DNA of 64,000 nucleotides, from IMG/VR virus record IMGVR_UViG_3300009158_000031, positions 1 through 64,000 of that record; one strand, 5' to 3'. The notes beneath the pieces are model-generated. The model was not told where the DNA came from. It saw nothing but the letters and a program-made list of their open reading frames with translations, and did not search any database. Below are positions 18,653 through 26,944 of the stretch, one piece after another (positions within the stretch are counted from its first letter, which is position 1; each line of letters begins with the position of its first letter). The translations under genes were made by a program, and so were the position numbers.

Positions 18653-19915
18653 ATGGCTACTGGACCATACACCAATTCGTTAAACTTTCGTTTAAACCGA
18701 ACAAAACCTCTAAATTATACAGATTTAGATAATAACTTTAGATATCCAAATCAATGGGGACTCGATCGATCATATCTGTCAGGTATGATGGTTGTTTCGT
18801 ATGATTTTGGTTATACTGCATCAGATTCAATATCTATGTATATTGCTTCTAGCGATCATACGAGTACTATGCTTAATGCTCCAGGATTAACTGGTGCTCA
18901 ATGGACTGCAATTGCAGTTCCTAGTGCTGGATATGTTGGTCCAACCGGACCTCAAGGTGGAATTGGTGCTCAAGGTGCTGGATCTCAAGGATCTCAAGGT
19001 CCTCAAGGTTATCAAGGTGTTACCGGTTTTCAAGGAGTTCAAGGATCTCAAGGAGCTACTGGTATTCAAGGACATACTGGATATCAAGGGGTTCAAGGTA
19101 CTAAAGGAGATCAAGGTTTTAAAGGAGATCAAGGATTCCAAGGAGCTCAAGGTTATACTGGTAATAAAGGAGATCAAGGTTTTCAAGGTATTCAAGGAAC
19201 TGTAGGTAATCAAGGATTCCAAGGAGCTCAAGGAGAACAAGGAGATCAAGGTAACTCTATTACTGGATCTCAAGGAGATCAAGGATTTCAGGGAGATCAA
19301 GGATTTCAGGGAGATCAAGGTACTAAAGGAGATCAAGGTATTCAAGGTATTACTGGGCCAGGAGTTGGGTCTCAAGGACCTACTGGTTTCCAAGGTATTC
19401 AAGGAGCTAAAGGAGATCAAGGATTTCAAGGTATTCAAGGATCTAAAGGAGATCAAGGATTTACTGGATTTCAGGGTAATCAAGGACCTACCGGTTTCCA
19501 AGGTAATCGAGGTAATCAAGGATATCAAGGAGATCAAGGTTATCAGGGATATCAAGGTTATCAGGGATATCAAGGAGATCAAGGATTTCAAGGATTCGAT
19601 ACAGCATATGCTGCTATAAATAATCAAGTTTCTAGTTACACATTAGTGTTAGCCGATGCTGGTAAATTAGTGGAAATAGATAATGCCGCATCTTCAATTC
19701 TTACGGTTCCTTTGAATGCATCGGTTGCTTTTCCTGTAGGTACTCAAATTATTATTGCTAGACTTGGTACTGGTGAGGTGAGCGTTGTTGGTACTGGTGG
19801 TGTAACGGTTGTTAGTGCAAATTCATTTACATTCTTAAATAATCGATACTCATCTGCATCTCTCATAAAAAGAGGTACCAATGCATGGTATCTATTTGGA
19901 GATCTTAAACCTTAA
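18653..19915 (+). CDS. Collagen-like tail/head fibre protein
   Basis: N-terminal PLNYTDLDNNF fibre-attachment motif, a long G-X-Q collagen tract, and a C-terminal YTLVLADAGK domain typical of phage fibres. Confidence 0.85.
   Translation: MATGPYTNSLNFRLNRTKPLNYTDLDNNFRYPNQWGLDRSYLSGMMVVSYDFGYTASDSISMYIASSDHTSTMLNAPGLTGAQWTAIAVPSAGYVGPTGPQGGIGAQGAGSQGSQGPQGYQGVTGFQGVQGSQGATGIQGHTGYQGVQGTKGDQGFKGDQGFQGAQGYTGNKGDQGFQGIQGTVGNQGFQGAQGEQGDQGNSITGSQGDQGFQGDQGFQGDQGTKGDQGIQGITGPGVGSQGPTGFQGIQGAKGDQGFQGIQGSKGDQGFTGFQGNQGPTGFQGNRGNQGYQGDQGYQGYQGYQGYQGDQGFQGFDTAYAAINNQVSSYTLVLADAGKLVEIDNAASSILTVPLNASVAFPVGTQIIIARLGTGEVSVVGTGGVTVVSANSFTFLNNRYSSASLIKRGTNAWYLFGDLKP
18929..19600 (+). repeat. Collagen Gly-X-Y coding repeats (GFQ/GDQ/GYQ)
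   Basis: 9-nt periodic caagg repeats. Confidence 0.9.
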
Positions 19916-19930
19916 TAAATTTAAAACGAT

Positions 19931-20659
19931 ATGATAATTGGATCTATAGGAACTGTTAGTTCTACTTGGGAACCACCAATACCTATGAGTGGTTTAATGG
20001 AATGGTATGAACCTGGTAATACGGCCGGTATTATCATTGCCAATCCACCGACCACGCCTATGGATGAGATGATAAACCTTGCTAATCCAACAGGCTCACC
20101 AAAATATCAACAATTATTTGTTTCTGAATTTGGAAGTGATTTACTTGGAGCTACCACGATAACAACAAATGCAACTTCGAATAGTTGGAGTAATTCAACG
20201 GATTGGAGTTCTATGACTGCATATACAGTAATTATCATATCTAAATATAACGATCCATCAAATAATCTAGAAAATACTTTTACAAACTTAGGTGGACCAG
20301 TCACGTTTAACTTAGGTAATGGTAATAATGGTGGTCATGGAAAAATAAATTTATGTATAGTCAATGGAGATGTTTTATACGCAGGAGATGCCGCCGATAT
20401 ACTTTGGGGAATGTATACTTTATGCGGTAGCACAACCATTAAATTAAATTTTTATAGAAATGCGAATCCAACTTCAATTCTAAGTCCACCTGCTAATTTC
20501 CGACCTCTTCCCGGAGGAACCCTGATTTTTTCATTTGATCCACCTGAAACATCTTCGTCGGTTGGTGCGGTTTTGCTCTATAATAGAATAATAACCGATG
20601 ATGAAAGAAATTCGATATTTCAACATTATAAGAAACAATTTCCTTTATCTGATACTTAA
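19931..20659 (+). CDS. Fibre-associated protein, LamG/ConA-like
   Basis: GLMEWY...VGAVLLYNRIITDDE pattern; follows the fibre gene. Confidence 0.55.
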   Translation: MIIGSIGTVSSTWEPPIPMSGLMEWYEPGNTAGIIIANPPTTPMDEMINLANPTGSPKYQQLFVSEFGSDLLGATTITTNATSNSWSNSTDWSSMTAYTVIIISKYNDPSNNLENTFTNLGGPVTFNLGNGNNGGHGKINLCIVNGDVLYAGDAADILWGMYTLCGSTTIKLNFYRNANPTSILSPPANFRPLPGGTLIFSFDPPETSSSVGAVLLYNRIITDDERNSIFQHYKKQFPLSDT

Positions 20660-20667
20660 CATACAAC

Positions 20668-20699
20668 AAAAGCTCTAGAAATTAATCTAGAGCTTTTTT
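20668..20699. terminator. Bidirectional rho-independent terminator
   Basis: AAAAGCTCTAGA-aattaa-TCTAGAGCTTTT lies between the convergent + gene and the tmRNA. Confidence 0.85.
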
Positions 20700-20713
20700 C
20701 ATTTAAGTGGAAG

Positions 20714-21149
20714 TGGAGCTGGAGGGAATCGAACCCTCGTCTTGTTCAGCTAATACTAAGAATTCATTTACAGGCTTAGTTTGGTTTATGACACCAACAA
20801 ACTTTTGTGCATTTCGTTTTTCTTGTTGACTTAATGCTCGGTCAAGTTTACTCTTCGGTATAAGCCGAATTTCACAGAACAATTAACAGCGATCTTAATG
20901 GGTTACTGATTGTTCTCGGATGGTACTACTAACCCTTTTTCCCGGTGTGCACATTTTTTTAATATCAGTAAGTGCGACTGATTGGTTAGGCAGCGATAGC
21001 TACTTCACCACCAACGAATGCCATAGCATCTTCGAAGGTAAAAGTTGACGTATTGTCAGTTATTGTTTTGATAGGTAATTTAAGTGTTTCCATCTAACAC
21101 TGCCTGCATTCAAAGAACTACGACTGCCAATCGATGCCTGGTCAGCCCC
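20714..21149 (-). ncRNA. ssrA: tmRNA
   Basis: 5' GGGGCTG pairs with 3' CAGCTCC-A, giving the G3:U Ala identity. T-arm GAGGGTTCGATTCCCTC. Internal tag frame 21057-20986 reads DNTSTFTFEDAMAFVGGEVAIAA*. Confidence 0.95.
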
Positions 21150-21189
21150 ATATTAATTTGTGTATGTATTATATGTATACTACAGAAAC

Positions 21190-21218
21190 AAAAAAAGGAG
21201 AGTACGAATACTCTCCTT
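21190..21218 (-). terminator. Rho-independent terminator (UUCG loop)
   Basis: Minus strand AAGGAGAGTA-TTCG-TACTCTCCTT followed by a T run, downstream of the lipoprotein gene. Confidence 0.85.
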
Positions 21219-21240
21219 AATGCGATTGATGTTGGTACAA

Positions 21241-21408
21241 TTACTTAGTAGTAGCAGTATCAACACAAGTGGCTTTGCAAGTGGTATCAACCGAAGTTGA
21301 ATCTGTTGCAACCATCGTAGAATCAGTTGCTGTTGCAGTTGATTCAGGAGCATTTCCACAAGAAGCTAAAGCTACCGTTGCGATTAATGCGAAAATTACG
21401 TTTTTCAT
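21241..21408 (-). CDS. 55-aa lipoprotein (missed by the ORF track)
   Basis: MKNVIFALIATVALAS-CGNAPESTATATDSTMVATDSTSVDTTCKATCVDTATTK*. It has an SPII lipobox (LAS-C) and its own terminator. Confidence 0.85.
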   Translation of the reverse strand: MKNVIFALIATVALASCGNAPESTATATDSTMVATDSTSVDTTCKATCVDTATTK

Positions 21409-21472
21409 AAATTAATTATTTTAAATTGTTATAAGATAGTTATATGTAAGCCTAGGTTCGTTAGTTTTGGTA

Positions 21473-21540
21473 TTGTTAACAAGTTTCCTAAAATAAATGT
21501 TAAAATATTTTTTTATTCCACAAAAAAGTATTATATTTGT
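21473..21540 (+). promoter_or_regulatory. Bacteroidota-type promoter, copy of 3089-3156
   Basis: 32 identical bp with 3125-3156; TAnnTTTG at 21532-21539. Confidence 0.8.
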
Positions 21541-21562
21541 TATAACCAATTAAATAAATTAT

Positions 21563-21763
21563 ATGAGCATCACAAAACAAATTGAAGAAAAAATCCAAAA
21601 TGATCCAATCTTTGCAGAATTATACGAACAACACGAATCTGCAAAATTCCATCGTTTACTCAATAAGACAATAAACATTCAAGAAGCACTATCTAACTTC
21701 TTTAATGAAACTCCCATGAACAAAAATGAAAATCCTTCATATAATAAATTACATAACATATAA
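21563..21763 (+). CDS. Hypothetical protein
   Basis: First ORF after the promoter. Confidence 0.65.
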   Translation: MSITKQIEEKIQNDPIFAELYEQHESAKFHRLLNKTINIQEALSNFFNETPMNKNENPSYNKLHNI

Positions 21764-21765
21764 AC

Positions 21766-22074
21766 ATGGGAAATAAACTTACAAAATCTGAATCTGAGCA
21801 GATAACTGCACTCGCTAAAGAGTTTGCTCAGTTTTGGGAAACCATCAATGAAAGAGAAAGAGAATTGAATAAAATTGATGAAAGAAAAACGGAAATACAA
21901 ACCGAACTTGGATATGTTCTTAATAGAATAAATGAAGTTCGTGTAGAAGAGAAAAAATTTACTGATAAATTAAAGAAAAAATATGGAAATTGTGAAATCA
22001 ATATGGAGACGTTTGAAGTCTATCCTATTGCCGAAGAATCGGCTAAATCAAAAAACAACGTACCTAATGTTTAA
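21766..22074 (+). CDS. Coiled-coil hypothetical protein
   Basis: Heptad pattern and a C-terminal KKYGxxxINxET. Confidence 0.7.
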   Translation: MGNKLTKSESEQITALAKEFAQFWETINERERELNKIDERKTEIQTELGYVLNRINEVRVEEKKFTDKLKKKYGNCEINMETFEVYPIAEESAKSKNNVPNV

Positions 22075-22372
22075 CGTTTTTCGTTATCCCTATGGTAAAA
22101 TGTTATCTGCATCTAAATCAGGTTACCGAGAAAAAAATCCAGGAAACGAAGTATTCTTCAATGCAAATATCTTCACCGTGGAAGATGGCAAAATTTGGTA
22201 TGGTGATATCGACTATACTAAGGATCGAGAAACTTTAGAGAAGATCGCAACAAAATTGGAACGAAATCTATACATCCTAAAGGAGTTAGATGGTCGTTTC
22301 GAAAACGAAAAAATTGAAGCTAATCAAATTAAGAAAAAAGCTATTAAGCTTATTCAACCTACAAAATTCTAA
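22067..22372 (+). CDS. Hypothetical protein
   Basis: ORF with the start moved to ATG 22067. Confidence 0.7.
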   Translation: MFNVFRYPYGKMLSASKSGYREKNPGNEVFFNANIFTVEDGKIWYGDIDYTKDRETLEKIATKLERNLYILKELDGRFENEKIEANQIKKKAIKLIQPTKF

Positions 22373-22376
22373 TAAT

Positions 22377-22955
22377 ATGGAAGAGTTAGAAGTAAAGAAA
22401 AAATACCAATGGACTTCCGGTCCTAGATCCAATCAATTAGAAGTTTATCTTGCAGAAGACGAAACTCATATCTGGTTTGAAAGTGGTAGAAATGTACAAA
22501 AAGAAATGATGGATGTTCAACTTCGACAAATTGAAGATTCGATGTACAATTCATTAGTTGGTGCACAAACTGAACGTGAACGTATACAAGGTTTACTAGG
22601 AAATGATGCACCATTGACAATGTCAAATATCACTCCTGAGCAATTGGGATTAAATCAACCGGCACATATTGTTGAAGTCGCACCACCAGCACCTATCAAA
22701 GAAGAAAATCCAATTTCTCTTATTCTAGCCAAACAAAAAAAGCTGGAAGTAGTCGATATCAAAATGAATATGCCGGTAGAAATTCCTTCGGCTAAAGTTT
22801 TCGAATTTCTTACAATGATGTTCGATGAAGAAGAAGTACTTGATATTCTATCGGCTAAAATCACAGAGAAATTCTCTACCGAAGATATCCAAATCATTGT
22901 TAGAAATTCAATCATAAAATATTATACAGAAGAAAATAATTCAAAACCAGAATAA
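22377..22955 (+). CDS. Hypothetical protein
   Basis: ORF with the start moved to ATG 22377. Confidence 0.7.
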   Translation: MEELEVKKKYQWTSGPRSNQLEVYLAEDETHIWFESGRNVQKEMMDVQLRQIEDSMYNSLVGAQTERERIQGLLGNDAPLTMSNITPEQLGLNQPAHIVEVAPPAPIKEENPISLILAKQKKLEVVDIKMNMPVEIPSAKVFEFLTMMFDEEEVLDILSAKITEKFSTEDIQIIVRNSIIKYYTEENNSKPE

Positions 22956-22956
22956 T

Positions 22957-23295
22957 ATGAAAAAACCACAATCTCAAGCAAGAGCACAACGTCGTGCATA
23001 TGAATCTTTCCTAAAACAAACTAATCCACAAGCTTATAAGCAATGGAAAGCTGAATCTATCGAAAGAGGAAATCAAATACATGAATCTAATGTTGAGGCT
23101 GTTCGTAAAGCAGAGGAAGAACATTATGAAAAATTACAAACTTCAATTATTGAATCAATGAGAGCAGATGGAAAATCTGATTCTGAAATTGATGCATATG
23201 TTGCTGATTGGGTACAAACCATTAAAGTATGGGGTTCCGGAGAAAGACCTAAAAGAATTAGAGAAATTCACCGAGAAAAATTAAATAAAGCCTAA
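22957..23295 (+). CDS. Hypothetical protein
   Basis: Tightly packed operon ORF. Confidence 0.7.
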   Translation: MKKPQSQARAQRRAYESFLKQTNPQAYKQWKAESIERGNQIHESNVEAVRKAEEEHYEKLQTSIIESMRADGKSDSEIDAYVADWVQTIKVWGSGERPKRIREIHREKLNKA

Positions 23296-23636
23296 TGGTT
23301 TCTATCGAATTAACTAATGCTTCGAATGGATTAATCAAAAAAATTACAGATACCAATTATAATGGTGCCGGTGAGCGCTTTGAGGAAGTTATCGTTTATC
23401 AGATAGATAATAAAGAACAACGCTTCGAAGTAATCACTGATTTTTTGTATGAGATATCTGCCGATTTAGGTTTAGATCTAGGAAGCGATTTTTCTTCGGC
23501 TCAATTAAAGATTAATGCGGATTGGGGCGAAAATTATAATCCATCTATAAAAGAGATCGATGATAAAATCAAAGAGTTACAAGAAGTAACTAAATTTCTT
23601 AAGTCTATTAGGAAATCAAAAGAAGGAAATATATAA
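23295..23636 (+). CDS. Hypothetical protein
   Basis: TAATG translational coupling. Confidence 0.7.
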   Translation: MVSIELTNASNGLIKKITDTNYNGAGERFEEVIVYQIDNKEQRFEVITDFLYEISADLGLDLGSDFSSAQLKINADWGENYNPSIKEIDDKIKELQEVTKFLKSIRKSKEGNI

Positions 23637-23639
23637 ACA

Positions 23640-24017
23640 ATGCCGATTCAATCAAAAAACGTTTTTCTTGTCAAATGCGAAATAGCTGTGTTTGAATCTC
23701 TATTCTCAAAAAAGAAGAATTTAGAGGTTATAAACCATCGAGAAATTCGTGAAAAGATGCAGAATTCGGACTATCAAAAATTTGAACCATCTGATGATGT
23801 GGTTCAACTTCAAATAATCAAGAAAATAAACACATTCAAGGATTGTAAGAGAACCGAAACTCTATACATTCATCGTGAAAAAGTTGACAAAGACTTTATC
23901 CAAAGAATTAAAGGACTTCTTAAATCCTCTCCGTTTATTATCGAATATCATCTATTACATGATGGTAAAATGGAAAGAGGGATAAAACGAGAATTCGATA
24001 CCATCAAAGAAATCTAA
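23640..24017 (+). CDS. Hypothetical protein
   Basis: Operon ORF. Confidence 0.7.
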   Translation: MPIQSKNVFLVKCEIAVFESLFSKKKNLEVINHREIREKMQNSDYQKFEPSDDVVQLQIIKKINTFKDCKRTETLYIHREKVDKDFIQRIKGLLKSSPFIIEYHLLHDGKMERGIKREFDTIKEI

Positions 24018-24018
24018 A

Positions 24019-24558
24019 ATGATAACATCTAATATCCTAGATAAAAAATCAATTTGTCATGGATTTATTTCATCCACAAGTAAGCCAGATGTTTTGATTC
24101 CTTTTAAAGGAATTATAGAAGATATTCAATTTCATGAAAACTTTCCCAGATATTCTATTCGAATTATCAAGTTTTACGATAACATATACTTCTTAAAAGA
24201 ATTTTTGACTGATGGATTCTATCAACAAAAATTTGAAGGAAAACCAAAATCTGTTACAATTCCTGCTTCGATAAAAACCGTTCCTGATCTCGAATCTTGG
24301 ATAGTCTCTTGCCGATTTGTGGTTGAGAGTAACTTTGTCGTAAAGACTAAAAATGAAATGGTAGAGATATTCACAAAGCTTCAAGAGTATCTAATTGCAA
24401 AAGCCTATCGAGAGATTCAACAATTCTCGGTAAGATCTTTATTAGAATCTCCTCTTAAGCTAGAATCAAAAGTTGAACTTAAGGCTAGAATTAAGCGAAT
24501 GTACGGAGATAAGTTCAAATCGATCGAAGATCTCGATTCTTTCTTGGATTGCATATAG
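24019..24558 (+). CDS. Hypothetical protein
   Basis: Operon ORF. Confidence 0.7.
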   Translation: MITSNILDKKSICHGFISSTSKPDVLIPFKGIIEDIQFHENFPRYSIRIIKFYDNIYFLKEFLTDGFYQQKFEGKPKSVTIPASIKTVPDLESWIVSCRFVVESNFVVKTKNEMVEIFTKLQEYLIAKAYREIQQFSVRSLLESPLKLESKVELKARIKRMYGDKFKSIEDLDSFLDCI

Positions 24559-24603
24559 TCTAAGATGGAATGAGAATATATAATAAAATAGTATTCACAA
24601 ATT

Positions 24604-26349
24604 ATGGCAAATGGTAGTACCCCACAGAATATAAATGCAACCGAGTATTATGGTATTGTTGGTGCACCGGAAAATGGTGGAAAAGCAATAATCGGTTCTT
24701 TCTATGATGGAACCTATGATTGGCCAGCACCAAAACCGGTAAAGGCTCAAGGACAAGAAATTACATCTTCTCTTCAAGGCAGAAAAGCTCCAAGTTCAAT
24801 ATTCAATAGATATGCCATATTTTTCTATAATAATCGAGTTGGATCGGTTGGTACTACAACTGATCAATATCTAGATGATCCCAAATGGTATACTGATGCA
24901 GAAAAGAAGAGAGTTCAAAATCCTACGGCTGCACAAATTATTAAATGGTCAAGAGAAAGTAAACAGGCTAATCAAGCCGATTTTGCATGGGAAGATTTCC
25001 TTTGGTGTAAGAATTATGGAGTAGTTCCAAATAATTATATGATTACTTTACGTCGTTTTAAGATGCCAGTTAATGATGATCTTTTAGATGCTGGAAAAAA
25101 TCCTGCTCCGGATGTTGGTCGTATGATTGCTTGGGTTGATGGAGAAGCTAATACATGGGAAGCAGTTGGTTTGAAATGGACACAAAAATTAAAATGGAAG
25201 GATCTTGAATCGAAAGTTAGTGAGGTAACCTCTTCAAGTCAAGCTTCCGGTAATGAAGGTGCCGCTCTTTCGAAAAAGATGCCAATCCTCGGAGCTGTCG
25301 TACAACAAGGGTCATATTTGTCTCAAAAGGACAATGCACAATCATCTTTAGCCGGAAATAACAAAGGTCAATCATTTGACCCATATTCCGATCCATCTAA
25401 AATTTATGGAAATATTAATGTAATTGAAAAGATGATTATTAGAGATAGAGGTTTAGACTTTACTCAAGAGATGACTGTCAAATTTGAATTTGAATTGCGA
25501 TCTATCGATGGAATAAATCCTAGAATTGCAATGTTAGATTTACTATCAAATGTAATGGTATGCACTTATAATAAAGGTCAATGGTGGGGTGGAGAAATTC
25601 GTTTTACTGGAGGAGCAAATTCTCGTAACATTAAACCTTTAGGAAATCCTGCGCTATTAGCTTCTGGTGATTATGGTGGATATTTAAAATCATTAACCTC
25701 TGGAATATCTGAAAGAATTGGTTCATTAACCGGTGGTGCTGGACTTTCTCTTGAAGGTATTGGTAATGCCGCTAAAAATCTAGGAGGTAATTTGATGGCT
25801 AAAATTGCCGGAGGTGCTTTAGATGATATGGGTAGACCGGATCCATCAGCAATGAACGGTATTCAATCTCTTCTAAGCGGAGCTGATACTGGAGAATGGC
25901 ATCTTACAGTTGGAAATCCAATGAATCCTATTCTTATGGTAGGTAATCTTGTATTAGATAAAACTGATGTTAAAATACATGGTGCATTGGGATTAGATGA
26001 TTTTCCTACGAAACTAGAAGTTGTATGTACATTAAAACCTGCAAGATCTAGAGATTTAAACGATATTATGGGAATGTTTCATAGAGGAGGTAGAACTTAT
26101 TTAACAAATCCTCCAGCTGCACAAAAATTTGGAGATGGATCGAAACAATTAAATCCAGGAGTTACTCCAAAACATCCTAAGAAAAATAAAAAATCGCCAA
26201 AAGTTGGAAGTGGACAAGATGCACAGAAATTTTATTATGCCGATGCATCATTCTTTTCAAATGATGCTAGAGCTAAGGCTCGATTCCCTAATCAAACGGA
26301 TGAAGCTGCAAAAGCAATCCTTCAACAAGTGGCAGGAATGCTAGATTAA
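24604..26349 (+). CDS. Putative baseplate/tail-tube initiator structural protein
   Basis: First gene of the baseplate cluster; late motif at 24575. Confidence 0.5.
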   Translation: MANGSTPQNINATEYYGIVGAPENGGKAIIGSFYDGTYDWPAPKPVKAQGQEITSSLQGRKAPSSIFNRYAIFFYNNRVGSVGTTTDQYLDDPKWYTDAEKKRVQNPTAAQIIKWSRESKQANQADFAWEDFLWCKNYGVVPNNYMITLRRFKMPVNDDLLDAGKNPAPDVGRMIAWVDGEANTWEAVGLKWTQKLKWKDLESKVSEVTSSSQASGNEGAALSKKMPILGAVVQQGSYLSQKDNAQSSLAGNNKGQSFDPYSDPSKIYGNINVIEKMIIRDRGLDFTQEMTVKFEFELRSIDGINPRIAMLDLLSNVMVCTYNKGQWWGGEIRFTGGANSRNIKPLGNPALLASGDYGGYLKSLTSGISERIGSLTGGAGLSLEGIGNAAKNLGGNLMAKIAGGALDDMGRPDPSAMNGIQSLLSGADTGEWHLTVGNPMNPILMVGNLVLDKTDVKIHGALGLDDFPTKLEVVCTLKPARSRDLNDIMGMFHRGGRTYLTNPPAAQKFGDGSKQLNPGVTPKHPKKNKKSPKVGSGQDAQKFYYADASFFSNDARAKARFPNQTDEAAKAILQQVAGMLD

Positions 26350-26350
26350 T

Positions 26351-26944
26351 ATGGTTATTAAATTACTCAATCTGAAAAATGAAATGATTCGTAATGGTGA
26401 AACCATGGTGGATTTTTTATCAAATAATTTCAAAGTAAATTACTTTGACCCTCAGTTAGAAATAGGTAAAATTATGCTAATTGAAGAACGTCACTTATGT
26501 AGGTTAGATTTAATCTCATATGAAGCATATGCATCTATTGATTTTGTTGATGTTATAATGAAATTTAATCAAATCACTAACCCATTCTCTATGCAGATAC
26601 ATGATTTAATTGTATGTCCTACAAGAGAATCCGCTTCAAGATTCTATCAACAAGAAGCATTACGTAATGATAAATTAATTCTAGACACTAAAGCATTATT
26701 TATAGATCCTAGTAGAGCTAGTCAAAAAGATAAAGCTCGATTAGAACAACTACAAAAAATCGCAGATAAGCGTAAAAATGGATCGAAAGAAATTAAACCT
26801 GCGAATTTACTTAAAGCCGGAGAAGTTCCTTTTATTGCCGATGGTACCGCATTGAGATTTTCACCATATAACTCTAAGGCTAGACCTTCATTAACGGATT
26901 CCACTTCACAGATACCAAAAACCAGTGATAATAGAAACATATGA
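26351..26944 (+). CDS. Baseplate wedge protein, T4 gp53-like (LysM-like)
   Basis: RLDLISYEAY...IMKFNQITNPF pattern. Confidence 0.7.
   Translation: MVIKLLNLKNEMIRNGETMVDFLSNNFKVNYFDPQLEIGKIMLIEERHLCRLDLISYEAYASIDFVDVIMKFNQITNPFSMQIHDLIVCPTRESASRFYQQEALRNDKLILDTKALFIDPSRASQKDKARLEQLQKIADKRKNGSKEIKPANLLKAGEVPFIADGTALRFSPYNSKARPSLTDSTSQIPKTSDNRNI

Noticed and set aside
18887-19627. 246-aa minus ORF and alternative-frame plus ORFs
   Set aside because: By-products of the 9-nt collagen periodicity.
20714-20745. tRNA-like 3' end (tRNA-Ala or an integration-site remnant)
   Set aside because: It pairs with a 5' end about 430 nt away and encloses a tag ORF, so it is a complete tmRNA. Phage genes lie on both sides and no integrase is present.
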